A stretch of 63,993 nucleotides of DNA, counting the filler, from Streblomastix strix (taxonomy: Eukaryota), in assembly GCA_008636045.1 (NCBI GenBank). It is 3 parts of 3 records of this genome, joined end to end, with 100 filler letters (N's around TTAATTAATTAA, not from the genome) between each part and the next. Parts side by side here need not be neighbours in the genome. Positions count along the whole stretch, not along the records: positions 21,717 to 43,314 come from SNRW01000364.1; 2 more parts are not named here. One strand, written 5' to 3'. Every line of letters starts with the position of its first letter. Position 1 is the stretch's first letter. The translations under genes were made by a program, and so were the position numbers. This document shows, in pieces, positions 24,871-36,079 of this stretch. A model generated the notes under the pieces. It was not told where the DNA came from, made no database searches, and saw only the letters and a list, made by a program, of their open reading frames with translations.

Positions 24871-25579
24871 GCTAATTTCATCAAACATTTTATTTCATCC
24901 ATCGACCAGTTAGTCGGTGCCATTATTTCAATTTCATCAATGAAAACTTAATCAGTCAAATAGCCAATATATGTTAGTACGTATCGGTCAAATCATTGAT
25001 TTGGGCTATATATAGTTAATGAAAAAGGATGGTACCCGAAACATTGCCTAAATCCTATTCATTTGTGGGTATCGGAAATGAGTTCAATTATTTTTTATCA
25101 TTAATTTATATCATAAATCATACTAATAATTTTTTATCATAAATGTATATCGTAAATCATATCAATTATTTTTCATTACTAATGATATTCATAAATGTTA
25201 TTGTTTATTATTTTATACGTATTTCTTTATTAACATCAAATTTATTCTTTGATTTTCGGTTCTAGATAATCTATTCGTTTTTCTTATGTCAGCAATTCGT
25301 AATATCACTGGGTATTTCTGATGTGGACAAATCACTGCGTTTATCAATATGAGGGCACCATCCGTTTTCATTAACTACTAATGATATCCATAAATGTTAT
25401 TGTTTATTGTTTTATCCGTATTTCTTTTATTAATATTAATTTTTTCCTTGATTTTCGGTTCTGGATAATCGATTCGTTTTTCATATGTCAGCAATTCGTA
25501 ATATCACTGGGTATTTCTGCTATGGGCAAATCATTGTTTTTATTAATGTGAGGGCATTGGCCTTTTTCATTAACTACTA
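24870..25579. repeat. Right terminal region of a Polinton-like element (…TAACTACT) with the last ~200 bp tandemly duplicated
   Basis: 25181-25380 and 25381-25580 are direct copies, both ending TTCATTAACTACT; 24870-25379 is an inverted homolog of 28342-28880. Confidence 0.7.
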
Positions 25580-26042
25580 ATATAAAAATAAAATATTCAT
25601 TTAAACGATGAGACATTCAAAAAATCATTAAATGGTGTATGAACTTAGGCTCAAAATATTATTCTTAGTTAAAGAAATAAATAAATGTCAAAAATTTAAA
25701 TAAATAAAGTTGGTTTATCATCGATTCATAATAAAATGGTTGCTCTTGAAAATTAATACTGTGCTCCGTTCCTGTATATTAACGGATAACAATTGAACTC
25801 AGATAATTATATAATTACTAATGATTAACACTAATGAAAACGTAATTTTGGCAAGAAGAAATGGCTTCGTTAATGAATGACTTTTGGCTGGATTGGGTGG
25901 ATTGGGTGGATTGAGTCAAAAACTTTTATCAAAAACTGCTGCCAGCCTGCCATTCTGCTAGATTGTTAATTGATTTCATCGGCCGCATGCGGAGTCATCG
26001 ACATGATTTCAACATAAATTGTTTTATTTTTGCAAGAAATAA

Positions 26043-27453
26043 ATGTAAAATGAAAATAAATTGTATGAGGATATACTTAAGACTTTTATTGGTGAATAAT
26101 ATCAAAGAGAAGAATATGAATTTGAAGTATAATAAGATATCGATGATAAAGCATATAAAGTTCATTATAAAATGAGTCTATCAGAGTTCATAAAAAATAT
26201 CTTTAAAATTGCAAAGAAAATATATGTCGATATTATGACAGAGAATGCAGATGAAGTAATTATTTGAAAGCGAACAGTAGCAGATTGGTATTATTATTAT
26301 ATTTCAGTTTAATCGTAATATGAGCCAACAAAATAAAATAAATAAAAAAAAAATAATTGGATAAAGATGTTCAATTAGCTGTTTAGACATCCAATCAACA
26401 ATCCAATCAATCATCCAGCCAGTAATCCATTTAAGGTGGTGATGTGGAAAATATGTCCTATTTTCCCTTCAAAACAAAATTAAAATTATTTGAAAAAATC
26501 AATAAATAAAAATAAGTTATTAACTAAAAAGATTAAGTGCCAGTGAAAGATTATAAATTAAAAGCATTATAAAGACTATAACGATCTTATTTCTCTCCAA
26601 AGTTAAGTAGTTTAGAAATAGATATAGTCTTTTCTATCGATTAAGACTTCCAGAAAAATAATGATGAATATGATGATGCTATCTTTGAATAAGACGAAAT
26701 AAAATAAGGAAGAAAAACAAATTTGTATCTATTTTGCATAAATATTAATACAAAATATTTAGTGATATATCCATTGATTGATAAATCAGCAGAATAAGTA
26801 GTTGGATAATTGTAAAAACTAATTAAAAACTATTACATAAATGATATTCGTGGTGATGGTGAGAAAAGATTTAATAGCTCGTATTTTGCTTTTTTTGTTC
26901 AAAGAATAAAATTAATGGATATTTCACTGAATCAAAATTCACTAATCATAATCGAGTTGTCGATTCAGTTATTCGAACAATAAGGAATACGTTTGTTTAT
27001 AAATTTAATTAATTTTCAACGAATAAATAAATGTAAATTGTCGTTGATATCTACAATGATACTCCACATCTAGCGTTTCAAAATAAATATAGCCCATATT
27101 AAGTTCAGTTATCAAGAGATTTAGAAAGATAATATATTCGTTCATAAATGAAGAAATTAGAGCGATAATTAGCAAGATAACGATAGCAGGGCAGATTATC
27201 ATTTAAAGCAGGAAATATAATATTAATACATCTTGATTTCTAAAAAACATAATAAAAATTTATGAAATAAAGGAAAAATTTTAATTAGTTAGCAGAATTC
27301 ATTCGATACGTAAATGGTAATGTTTTATTCAGATTATTGAATCATTCTTATAAAATAAATATAATAAAAATACCTTCTTATTATTGCAAATATGATAATG
27401 AAAATAAAAAATCAATACCAGAATATTATGTTACAGAGTTTTTGTTTAAATGA
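26043..27453 (+). pseudogene. Retroviral-like integrase, cassette C
   Basis: SSLEIDIVF…YLFCININTKYL…IRGDGEKRF…HNRVVDSVIRTIRN…IYNDTPHLAF; frameshifts in homopolymer runs. Confidence 0.82.
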
Positions 27454-27505
27454 AATAAAAATAAAATTTTTTTTATATATTTTTTAATTTTTTATCGTAT
27501 AATAA

Positions 27506-27887
27506 ATGACAACTATTGAGACAATCAACGAGACAAGTCCCAACGGGGCTGTCTAAAGACTAAACGAGACATTCAATGAAACAACATAAACAGATACATT
27601 TAGTTCAGCAAAATAAGGACGTCCAAAGAAATATACCGATAAAGAATAGGCAATAGTTGCAGCAAGAGAGCAACGCAAAAATGCAAGAATTAGATATAAA
27701 TATAATTAAACAAATTATGTTTCAAAAGTCAATGACATGCAATTATTGATAATCAAAAATCTTAAAAAAAATTATCGTGAATATTAATGATTTAATAGCA
27801 ATAAATGAATTGATTAAAAAATATGACAATAAAAAAGACATCAACGAAGATGCTAATGATTAAATCAACGAACAAATCGACGTTTGA
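27506..27887 (+). pseudogene. AT-hook protein, cassette C (1-bp frameshift)
   Basis: AKQGRPKKYTDKEQAIVAAREQRKNARIRYK. Confidence 0.65.
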
Positions 27888-28341
27888 AGCTAATGGTTTT
27901 ATATTTTTATTTATTTTCTCATTTCTGGCAGAATGGCAGGCTGGCAGCAGTTTTTGATGAAAGTTTTTGACTCAATTCACCCAATCCACTCAATCCAGCC
28001 AAAAGTCATTCATTAACGAAGCCATATCTTCGTGCCAATTTCATAAATTTCATTGATATTTTATGACTCAATCCACCCAATCCAGCGCAGCCTAAACATC
28101 AAACAAATATATATTATGTTCAAAACTCACTAATGATTTCAATAATGACATCTCCAATAAATTTTAGGTTTCCGTTAATGAAATTCATCAACCAACTCCA
28201 TTATCCAAATCCATCAACCAACTCCATCAACATTCCTATGTAGTTATGAGAATATGGAGAGTGCCATACGTTCAAAAATCAACATCATTAATCAACTTCA
28301 TTAATCTACTTCAACATTCATATTCATTAATCTATTTCAAT

Positions 28342-28880
28342 AGTAGTTAGTATAAATGAAGACCGCCCTCACATATAAAACTAACACCATTTGCCTAGAC
28401 CACAAACACGTCAACATTGATGTATAGAAATCATGTAAAATATGTTCTAAATTATTATGATTCTTGAATGTGGTTTGTTATTGCTTGATATTAGTTTTAA
28501 AAGATACTTTGAATGATCAAAATAATTAGTCGTGATGTAGAGATTATTGATATAACTGAATGATTGTATGAATGAGATGCGCTGTTGAAGATGAATGCTA
28601 AATCACAATGTCTGATTAATGATTGGATTAATGATACCAACAATGCAAAACATGAACTAATAGGTCAATTTTGTGATTGGTATTAGGACAAAGTGATGTC
28701 ATTTTTCTATATGAGTGCAGTCTTCATTTATACTAACTACAAACCCAAATCAAATGATTTGTGTGCTACGTGATTAGCTTGTTGGTTAATGATTGTGTCG
28801 AACTTAGTTTTACTAATGTAATTGAATAAGTGGGTTCGACCAGTAGGTCGATGGTCTAAATGAGTTAATGATGAAATTGA
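28342..28880. repeat. Left terminal region of Polinton-like element D
   Basis: Begins AGTAGTTAGTATAAATGAAGAC; an inverted copy ends at 28740 (GTCTTCATTTATACTAACTAC). Confidence 0.7.
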
Positions 28881-29572
28881 CTAATAAGTTAATTCGATAA
28901 ATTAATGGTAAAGGATAGTTATAAATTCAAAAATAAACATGAAATTAATGATCTACGTATGCGATATGACCTTAGAGTGAAGTGCTAGCGAGATATGAAA
29001 AATCATGTTTTGACCTAGAAATTGACCTATCATTAAAATATTTTATTTATAATATATACTTAAGAAAATCATTGAAAATTTTATGTTTTTAGATTGATCT
29101 GAGAATTAATGTATAAGTGAATGTTGATACGTAGATTACGAAAATGGTGTTAAAAGTGAGTGATTGAACTGTTGATTGAGATGAATTTGATGAATTAATG
29201 AAAAGGCAAGTAAAATGAAGATGGAACAAATTTCTGTTACACATTAATGCTTGCATGCTAGCGACATGGGTGAATTGAGTGAAATACCTATGTGGAACAA
29301 ATGGAACAAATGGAACAATTTCAAATAGTCCTACGAAATTAGCCTGCCATAAGCCATATGCCATTAATGAAATGATTAATATATTGATTAATGCGTTTTA
29401 TGCAAATGAAGATAATTATCTATGCCTTGTGAGTGTGCAGGTGTGCAGGATGAGACCTATTAAAATAATCGTTAACTAATTTCTCAGTCGGTCGGTTGCT
29501 AAATTATTTCTTTTGATAAATTGAATAAATTTATTTTTACCAACTAACCATACATTTTAATTGTAAACCAAA

Positions 29573-32531
29573 ATGGCTTAACTGGAAAAAGAAATCGAAG
29601 ATAGTAAATTATTTGAATCAATCCTGAATGAACCAACAAACATTAAACAAATAACAATTGCAAAAGGAGTAAATAGATCATATAATCGTAAATCAAAAGT
29701 GAATGAGAAAGTTAAAGCATTGGTTGAATAAATGAGGAATGAAGAAAATGCAAAAGATAATGAGAAAGATATTGAAATTGCTAATGAAATCGTTAATGAA
29801 GTGGTGGACGCATCACTAATTAGTGAGACCATTAATGAACGTATAATTGAACAATCAAACAAAGATAAACATGAAAAAATCTTACATGATCTACGTAATG
29901 CTGAAGGAAATTAGGAAACAAGACTTGCGAAATAATAAGAGGCATATAGATTAGAAAAATAATGGAGATAAGAAGATGAATAAGAATCAAAGTAGAAAGA
30001 GAAAGAGAAATTTGATAAGAGAGCTAATGAAGTTATTAATGAACTAACTAGTGAAGAAGATAAGAAGAGAATTGCAGCTAAAATTGCATGTTTGAAATTG
30101 ATACAAGAAGAACGTGATAATCAAATGAATGAATATGAATAATTCAGCAAGATGAATAGTGATGCATTTGATGCATCTAGAGAGTAAGTATAATCTAGAA
30201 CAATTAAATAAAGAATTGAAGGTGCAATAGTTGACTTATATGAATGTCGGAAATTTGCTGATGATAAACTGAAAAATAAACTGTTAACTGGACATGCAAT
30301 TGACTTATGTTTATGCAAAGATAATGATTTATGTATTATTGATTTTGATATTGATCATGCTTGTAAATTAAACGAAGAAGAGAAAGAGAAAATTCGTTAA
30401 AATATTTTCAATAATATGCATCCATCTAACATTGGGTTAGTGCTAACTGCAAGAGGTGGCATACACGCATATTGTAACAGAAATGGATACAAATTACCTT
30501 CAAACAAAAAATGAAAAAGTAGTAACATTTGGAGATAGCTTAGAGATTGATATATTTGCATAAATGTACACGCATAAAAATGATAAATTAGTTGAAAATA
30601 GAGTTGTGCTACCTGAATCCAAAGTGAGAATCATAGATAAAGGTGTTCAAAAGAAAGAGATACTTCATTATAAAGAACTTAATGACTGGTCTAATGCAAC
30701 ACATCTAGCTTCATTATTTGATATTCTTGGTAAATGGAACCTTGATTTAATAGCAAAAGATAAGGATTTTTGCATAATTAATGATGATTGCACTATTGTT
30801 CAAATATCTAAAGATATTGCAGATGCGTGTATTGAAGGGTTGAAAGGACTATCAATTAACAATGATATAAACACATTAGAGCGCGAGATTAGCTTATTAC
30901 CTCTATTCATGTGACTTAATGGATTATAACATTTAGGCGAGCAATATAAAGAAGCAGCATATTCAACAGTATAGATGAATAATAATTTAACAGCTAAAGC
31001 AAGTGAACATTGGAATGATAGAAAAGGACGATATTCCAATAAAGTTAATGCATGGATATTAACTAAAATCATTAAATTACATAATAAAAATTACTATGAA
31101 TCTACACTTAAACCTTTGATCATTAAGTCATATGAATCAAAGAAATAATAGAAAATTGAAACAGTTGTGAAATCGATTGAGAAGAATGAGATTGATCTGA
31201 TTGATCCATTCACATTAAAGGATGTATCAAGCAAAGCATTAAATAGAAAATATTGGAATAAATTAGAATTAGTTGCATAAGATTTGATAAAAATAATAAG
31301 GATTATACCTTGTTAGAATGGATGGTGTTACATCATTAAAGAATACAATTGTCTCATTGCGAAAATTGTAATAAATTATAAGAGTAAGTCAGCTATCTAT
31401 GATTAACTACGTTCAATTAGATTGTGGGCTGATGGAAAGAAACATATAACAGGTATTGATGCATTAGAGCAATATCATTCATTATTCGAGAAATTAGGTA
31501 TAAAATTTATTAATGATAACCAAGAGATATTCAGTGCAATCTAAGGGTTCAAATATAATCAATTAGATGAAGTGAATTAGACAAAAATAGAATAATTCCT
31601 AGCGTTAATGAAAGATACAATCACAGCAAATGATGAACGAGTTTATGAATATTTATTGAATTGGTTTGCATTCATTGTGTAGAATGTCGGAAAGAAGACT
31701 GAAACAGCTATTATCCTTAAAGGATTATAAGAAATAGGTAAGAATGTTCTTATTAATGTTTTATGTTAATTATTGGCAGGATATTCATCTAAAAATATTA
31801 CTGATATCGAAGACTTTGTAGGTAAGTTCAACACTGCTATTGAGAATAAGATGTTAGCAATTGCGAATGAAATGAAGAACTTTGGAGAATCTAGAATGTC
31901 AAATATGGATGCATTGAAATCAATAATTACTGAAGATTCATTTGTGATTAATGAGAAATATGTTCCTAAACATGAAGTACAAAATGTAGTGAATGTAATG
32001 ATTGTTAAAAATAATATCTATCCGTTGAAGATTGAGAATAGTGATAGACGCTATGTTGTATGTGAATGTAATCCAGTTCATCGTGGAGATTTGAAGTATT
32101 TCACTAACTTGTGCAATAGCTTCGATGATGATTTTTATAATAATTTATTCACATTCTTTTTGACTAGAGATATCAGTTAATTTAATCCAAGAGATATACC
32201 AATGACGGAAGCAAAGAGAGAAATCATTAGAGCATCAAGATCTAAAGTTGATGATGTAATTATTAATCACTTTAATTTGTTCAAAAATGGTATAAGAATC
32301 GAATAAGTTGAATCATGGCGACCTTCAAATATGATGTTAAGGAATTATTAGATGGCAATAAATAATGTATGCTGTAAGATATAACGAACTATCGATTGTT
32401 AACAAAAGAGATTGTATAAGTTGAAAGATGAAATGATATCGATTTATGAAGGTATGTTAGATAATGATGTTTATGAAATTGAATAAGAGAAGGTCTTAGA
32501 GATTTAGAAAGATGGTATCGAATATGAATGA
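29573..32531 (+). pseudogene. Prim-Pol (AEP) primase fused to D5-like SF3 helicase
   Basis: LCIIDFDID…TARGGIHAY (Prim-Pol motifs); ILKGLQEIGKN (degenerate Walker A), KMLAIANE, ALKSIITED…NEKY…NNIYPLKIENSDRRYVV; frameshift near 30510, TGA at 30912. Confidence 0.88.
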
Positions 32532-32586
32532 AATAGCTACTATGTGCAACTATGTGCAGCTAATCTATTTTTGTTCAGGAATTAGA

Positions 32587-33290
32587 GAGAAATTGATTGA
32601 AACGTCCACCTGCACAGGGTGTACAGGCTGCACAGGGTCTGAGCTTCAACCCAAAAGATGTCGGCCAGTAAGACAGTTGGACAGTTTTCAATTAAATGTT
32701 TAATATTTAGCTTTAAAGAAATGAAACAACGTAAGATAGAATATGATAATCCATACTATCCAAGTGATTAAGGATCATAGTATCTAGAGTATAGCAATTA
32801 ATTTCTAGATTTAATAATTAAAAATCATGAAGCTGAATTCTTGAAAGGAAGAACATTATTATAAATAAATAATCTTTAACCAAGATATATGGATTTTAAC
32901 GAATTTTATACATTAATGTTTAACAAATTAGATGTCAGTTACTTAGCAAGGAATGGTAACCCATCAGATAAAGCAAGATATTATTTGAAGAAAGTGGACG
33001 TCAAACCCAATGATAAATGATGGAATTTATTTTTGATCAAGAATTGTGTGGAATTGTGTCAAAATAAACCAGTGCACAGGGTTGAGGTATTTCAAATTGA
33101 GTTGCAGGACAGTACAAGACATATAGATTGTGAATTAGATGTGTGTGCTAGCGCTGTGAGATAATAACATGAAATATCCAATGTTTAATTAACTGTCCAA
33201 CTGTCAAACTGTCCTCCATCTCAGATAGCTATACTCTAGACACTGTGCAAGGTGTGCACCCTGTACAGATAGACATTTCATATCAATTCT
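32587..33290. repeat. ~105-bp inverted repeat pair (32587-32692 / 33187-33290)
   Basis: GAGAAATTGATTGAAACGTCCACCTGCACAGGGTGTACAGGCTGCACAGGGTC…GACAGTTGGACAGTT versus the reverse complement of 33187-33290. Confidence 0.8.
32721..33020 (+). CDS. 99-aa ORF resembling the C-terminal domain of the upstream helicase
   Basis: LIIKNHEAEFLKGRTLLQINNLQPRYM…KARYYLKK versus helicase VIINHFNLFKNGIRIEQVESWRPSNM…QKRLYKLK. Confidence 0.55.
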
Positions 33291-33444
33291 CCACATCAGA
33301 ACACACATTAGAGAAAAGTCTACCCTGTGCAACTATGTGCAACGCTATGCAGCTATCAGTTTGGATAGTTAGCCTCAATTCGACACATATCTTGAATATT
33401 TATATTAACTCACACATTATTCCTAGTATTAACGCAAAAATAAA

Positions 33445-33642
33445 TCATTCAGGAGGATCATAATACTTCTTCTTTGAATATTCGTTACTCATTAGTATGT
33501 AACTAATAATGTCACTCACTGCTTTCTCCAACATGAAGATTGAATTATCATCCCATTTTTCATCTGTATCCAAGAAATCGTCTTATATCTTTGCTAATCT
33601 ATCCAACACGTGATGTCTATCTTCTTCTGTTATATAGCTCAT
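33445..33642 (-). CDS. Small acidic hypothetical viral protein (65 aa)
   Basis: MSYITEEDRHHVLDRLAKIQDDFLDTDEKWDDNSIFMLEKAVSDIISYILMSNEYSKKKYYDPPE*. Confidence 0.5.
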
Positions 33643-33723
33643 TTCATTAAAAGTAAAAATAATATACATTAATCCACTCATTAATCCACACATTAACCCA
33701 CACATTAATGCAAAAATAAACAT

Positions 33724-34161
33724 TCAAAATTCAATTGCTTCCATTGTATTATTACGTTAAATTATATCATTGATTTGAAGTAGATCTTGCATGTTATTTA
33801 TAACAATTTTCTGAAGACATCGTATCAAAAGTAGTTGTGAATCATTTGTTTAAGCACGAAAGTTTTAGCGTTGTATTCTATAGCGTTATTGGGCACGTTA
33901 ACGTTGTTCTGCTGCGATACGTTCTGCTTGTTGCTGCGAAGTATACTTTTTAGGTCTACCTCTTAATTCAACACGTTATTACTCTTATTTCTCAACTTAT
34001 GTTTATGCTAATGGTTATGGATCATTACTAATTGGAGACTAATCTATTAACGGTGCATGATTAATTTCATCAATATGACTGGATTATGTTTCAATTAATT
34101 ATGGAACTTATTTCTTTGATTATCTTTTACGGATTTGTTTTTCTTCGTTTTTCGTTTGCAT
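33724..34161 (-). CDS. AT-hook DNA-binding protein (intact, 145 aa)
   Basis: ELRGRPKKYTSQQQAERIAAEQRQRAQQRYR. Confidence 0.7.
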
Positions 34162-34180
34162 TTGCTTTTAACAAAAATAG

Positions 34181-35512
34181 TCAAACACTAATATTAAATT
34201 AACTTTTACAGTTTAAAGTTAATGAATTAATATCTTCACTAATGAATTTGCAATAATAAATAGATAACTCAATAACATTAAGCTTATCAATTGGATTCAA
34301 TAATCTGCATACTACATTACCATTCTTATAATTAATGAATGTAGCTAACTTATTGAATTAACGTCTTTACTTCTAAAATTTACTAGGTAATCTTGAGAAA
34401 TCAGCGTGAACCATCAATATATTTTCACTCTTGAAATCAAATAGATTCTCTTATTTTTATCTTATCATTATCTATTCCAATTATTGTTATTTTTATCTAA
34501 TGAATTTACCTTCTAATTCTCTATTATACTACACTTACATAGGAGTAAATTTGTTCATGAATGCGAGGTGTGGTGTTTTATTGTAAATCTCTACTATTAA
34601 TTTTATCTAACTAGCTGATGCAAATCCTTATAAATCCTATCCAAAACCATTTCTGATTGTATGTATTACACTATCAACTACTCTATTGTGCTAAGTAAAT
34701 TGAGACCCAGTAAAGTAAAATGTAATCCTGTTATAATTGCAAAATTTCCTAATAATATTTGATTTAAATCCACTTTCACCGTCACCTCTTATGTTGTTAA
34801 CATATACCTATTTAATAAGTTTCGTTAATGCGTCTAGTATATATCTTGCATTCTTTTCATCTACAATTAATGGAATCACAATTAAATATTTTGAATTAAT
34901 ATTAATCGCAAATAGATAAAGCTATCTTCTTTGAGTTACTGGATTGATACCGAATACAAGATCAATTTCCCATGATCCTATTTTTCGAGAGAAGTATGGA
35001 CGTTACAGCTTATATAATGGTTTCACTTTAATATCTTTGATTTATATTTGATTCGTTATTTTTATCTAGTTAATCTTTTCATATTGTTTGATCTTAGATT
35101 TAAAAGGAAATTATGATAGTGGTGCTGGTGGTTAGCCTATTCTCTTAATTTATTCAGTAACATGAGCTCTATTTGTATCTTATCTTCTGACAGATTTAGC
35201 TCGTTTTAATGGTGCATTATACTTTTATGCTTCAGTTTGATATATTACATACCATTCCAATAATGTCTTTCCACCAATTTATACATCATCTGCATGATCA
35301 ATTAATACGTTTTATTCAACTTTATTTGGAGTAATTCGCATATTTGAAACAAATTCTGCAAACTTCATAATATAGTTATTTGAATTGGCTAATCGTGTGA
35401 GTTATTGTTCTATATTTTATGTTTCATATGCAATGTTCTCATCAGTTTACGCGAATCTCATTAATAATACATAGTAAATTTAATCTTAATCAGCTTGCGT
35501 TAGTCTATTCAT
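34181..35512 (-). CDS. Retroviral-like integrase of element D (intact, 443 aa), D,D(35)D triad
   Basis: GSWEIDLVF…YLFAININSKYL…IRGDGESGF…HNRVVDSVIHTIRN…IYNKTPHLAF. Confidence 0.85.
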
Positions 35513-35712
35513 TTTCTATTCAAAAATAATTCTATGATCAATGGCAGATCTTACTCTCGCATGCATATTTAATTGCTGCTTTCCATACAGCAGTGAGGAT
35601 CTCATGCCAATTTATGTCAATTTTCTCAAACAAAATCGCAATGAATTCCGTTGTATTTGAAGGAAGTAAGTCGAATATTGGGAACATATTTCATTAGCCA
35701 AAAATAAATCAA

Positions 35713-36051
35713 TCATACATCAATCTTCTCAATTATCTCTTCTAGGTTTTCTTTATAATTATTTCGTGCATCATCATATTCCTCTAATACATTATGTAGT
35801 TTATCCTATTAAACATGTTCTACATTTAAATCAATTATATCTTTGTTTATTTTTTACTTTAATTTTCTTTTCATTGATTTATTATGATCCATCAAGTTCG
35901 ATGTTACATCCAATTTATCTTAACAACGTTGTAATCCATCTAATATATCTTACAGTTGTGTTGAAAGTTAGAATAGAGCTCTATTTTCATTCATTGTTGC
36001 TATACATTAACCAAGCTTTTCAATTACATCATTATATCTTTATTCACTCAT
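35713..36051 (-). CDS. Coiled-coil hypothetical viral protein (112 aa)
   Basis: MSEQRYNDVIEKLGQCIATMNENRALFQLSTQLQDILDGLQRCQDKLD… intact frame. Confidence 0.5.
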
Positions 36052-36079
36052 TTTCAATTAATAAGAAAATTAAATTGTT

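Larger units (their letters stand above)
25845..28040 (+). mobile_element. Integrase + AT-hook cassette C flanked by ~115-bp inverted repeats
   Basis: 25845-25962 and 27923-28040 are near-perfect reverse complements containing (GGATTGGGT)x3-like units. Confidence 0.7.

Noticed and set aside
28343..28740. Independent 400-bp MITE
   Set aside because: No TSD, and the adjacent interior sequence is also shared with the terminus at 24870-25379, so it is better read as part of the viral end.
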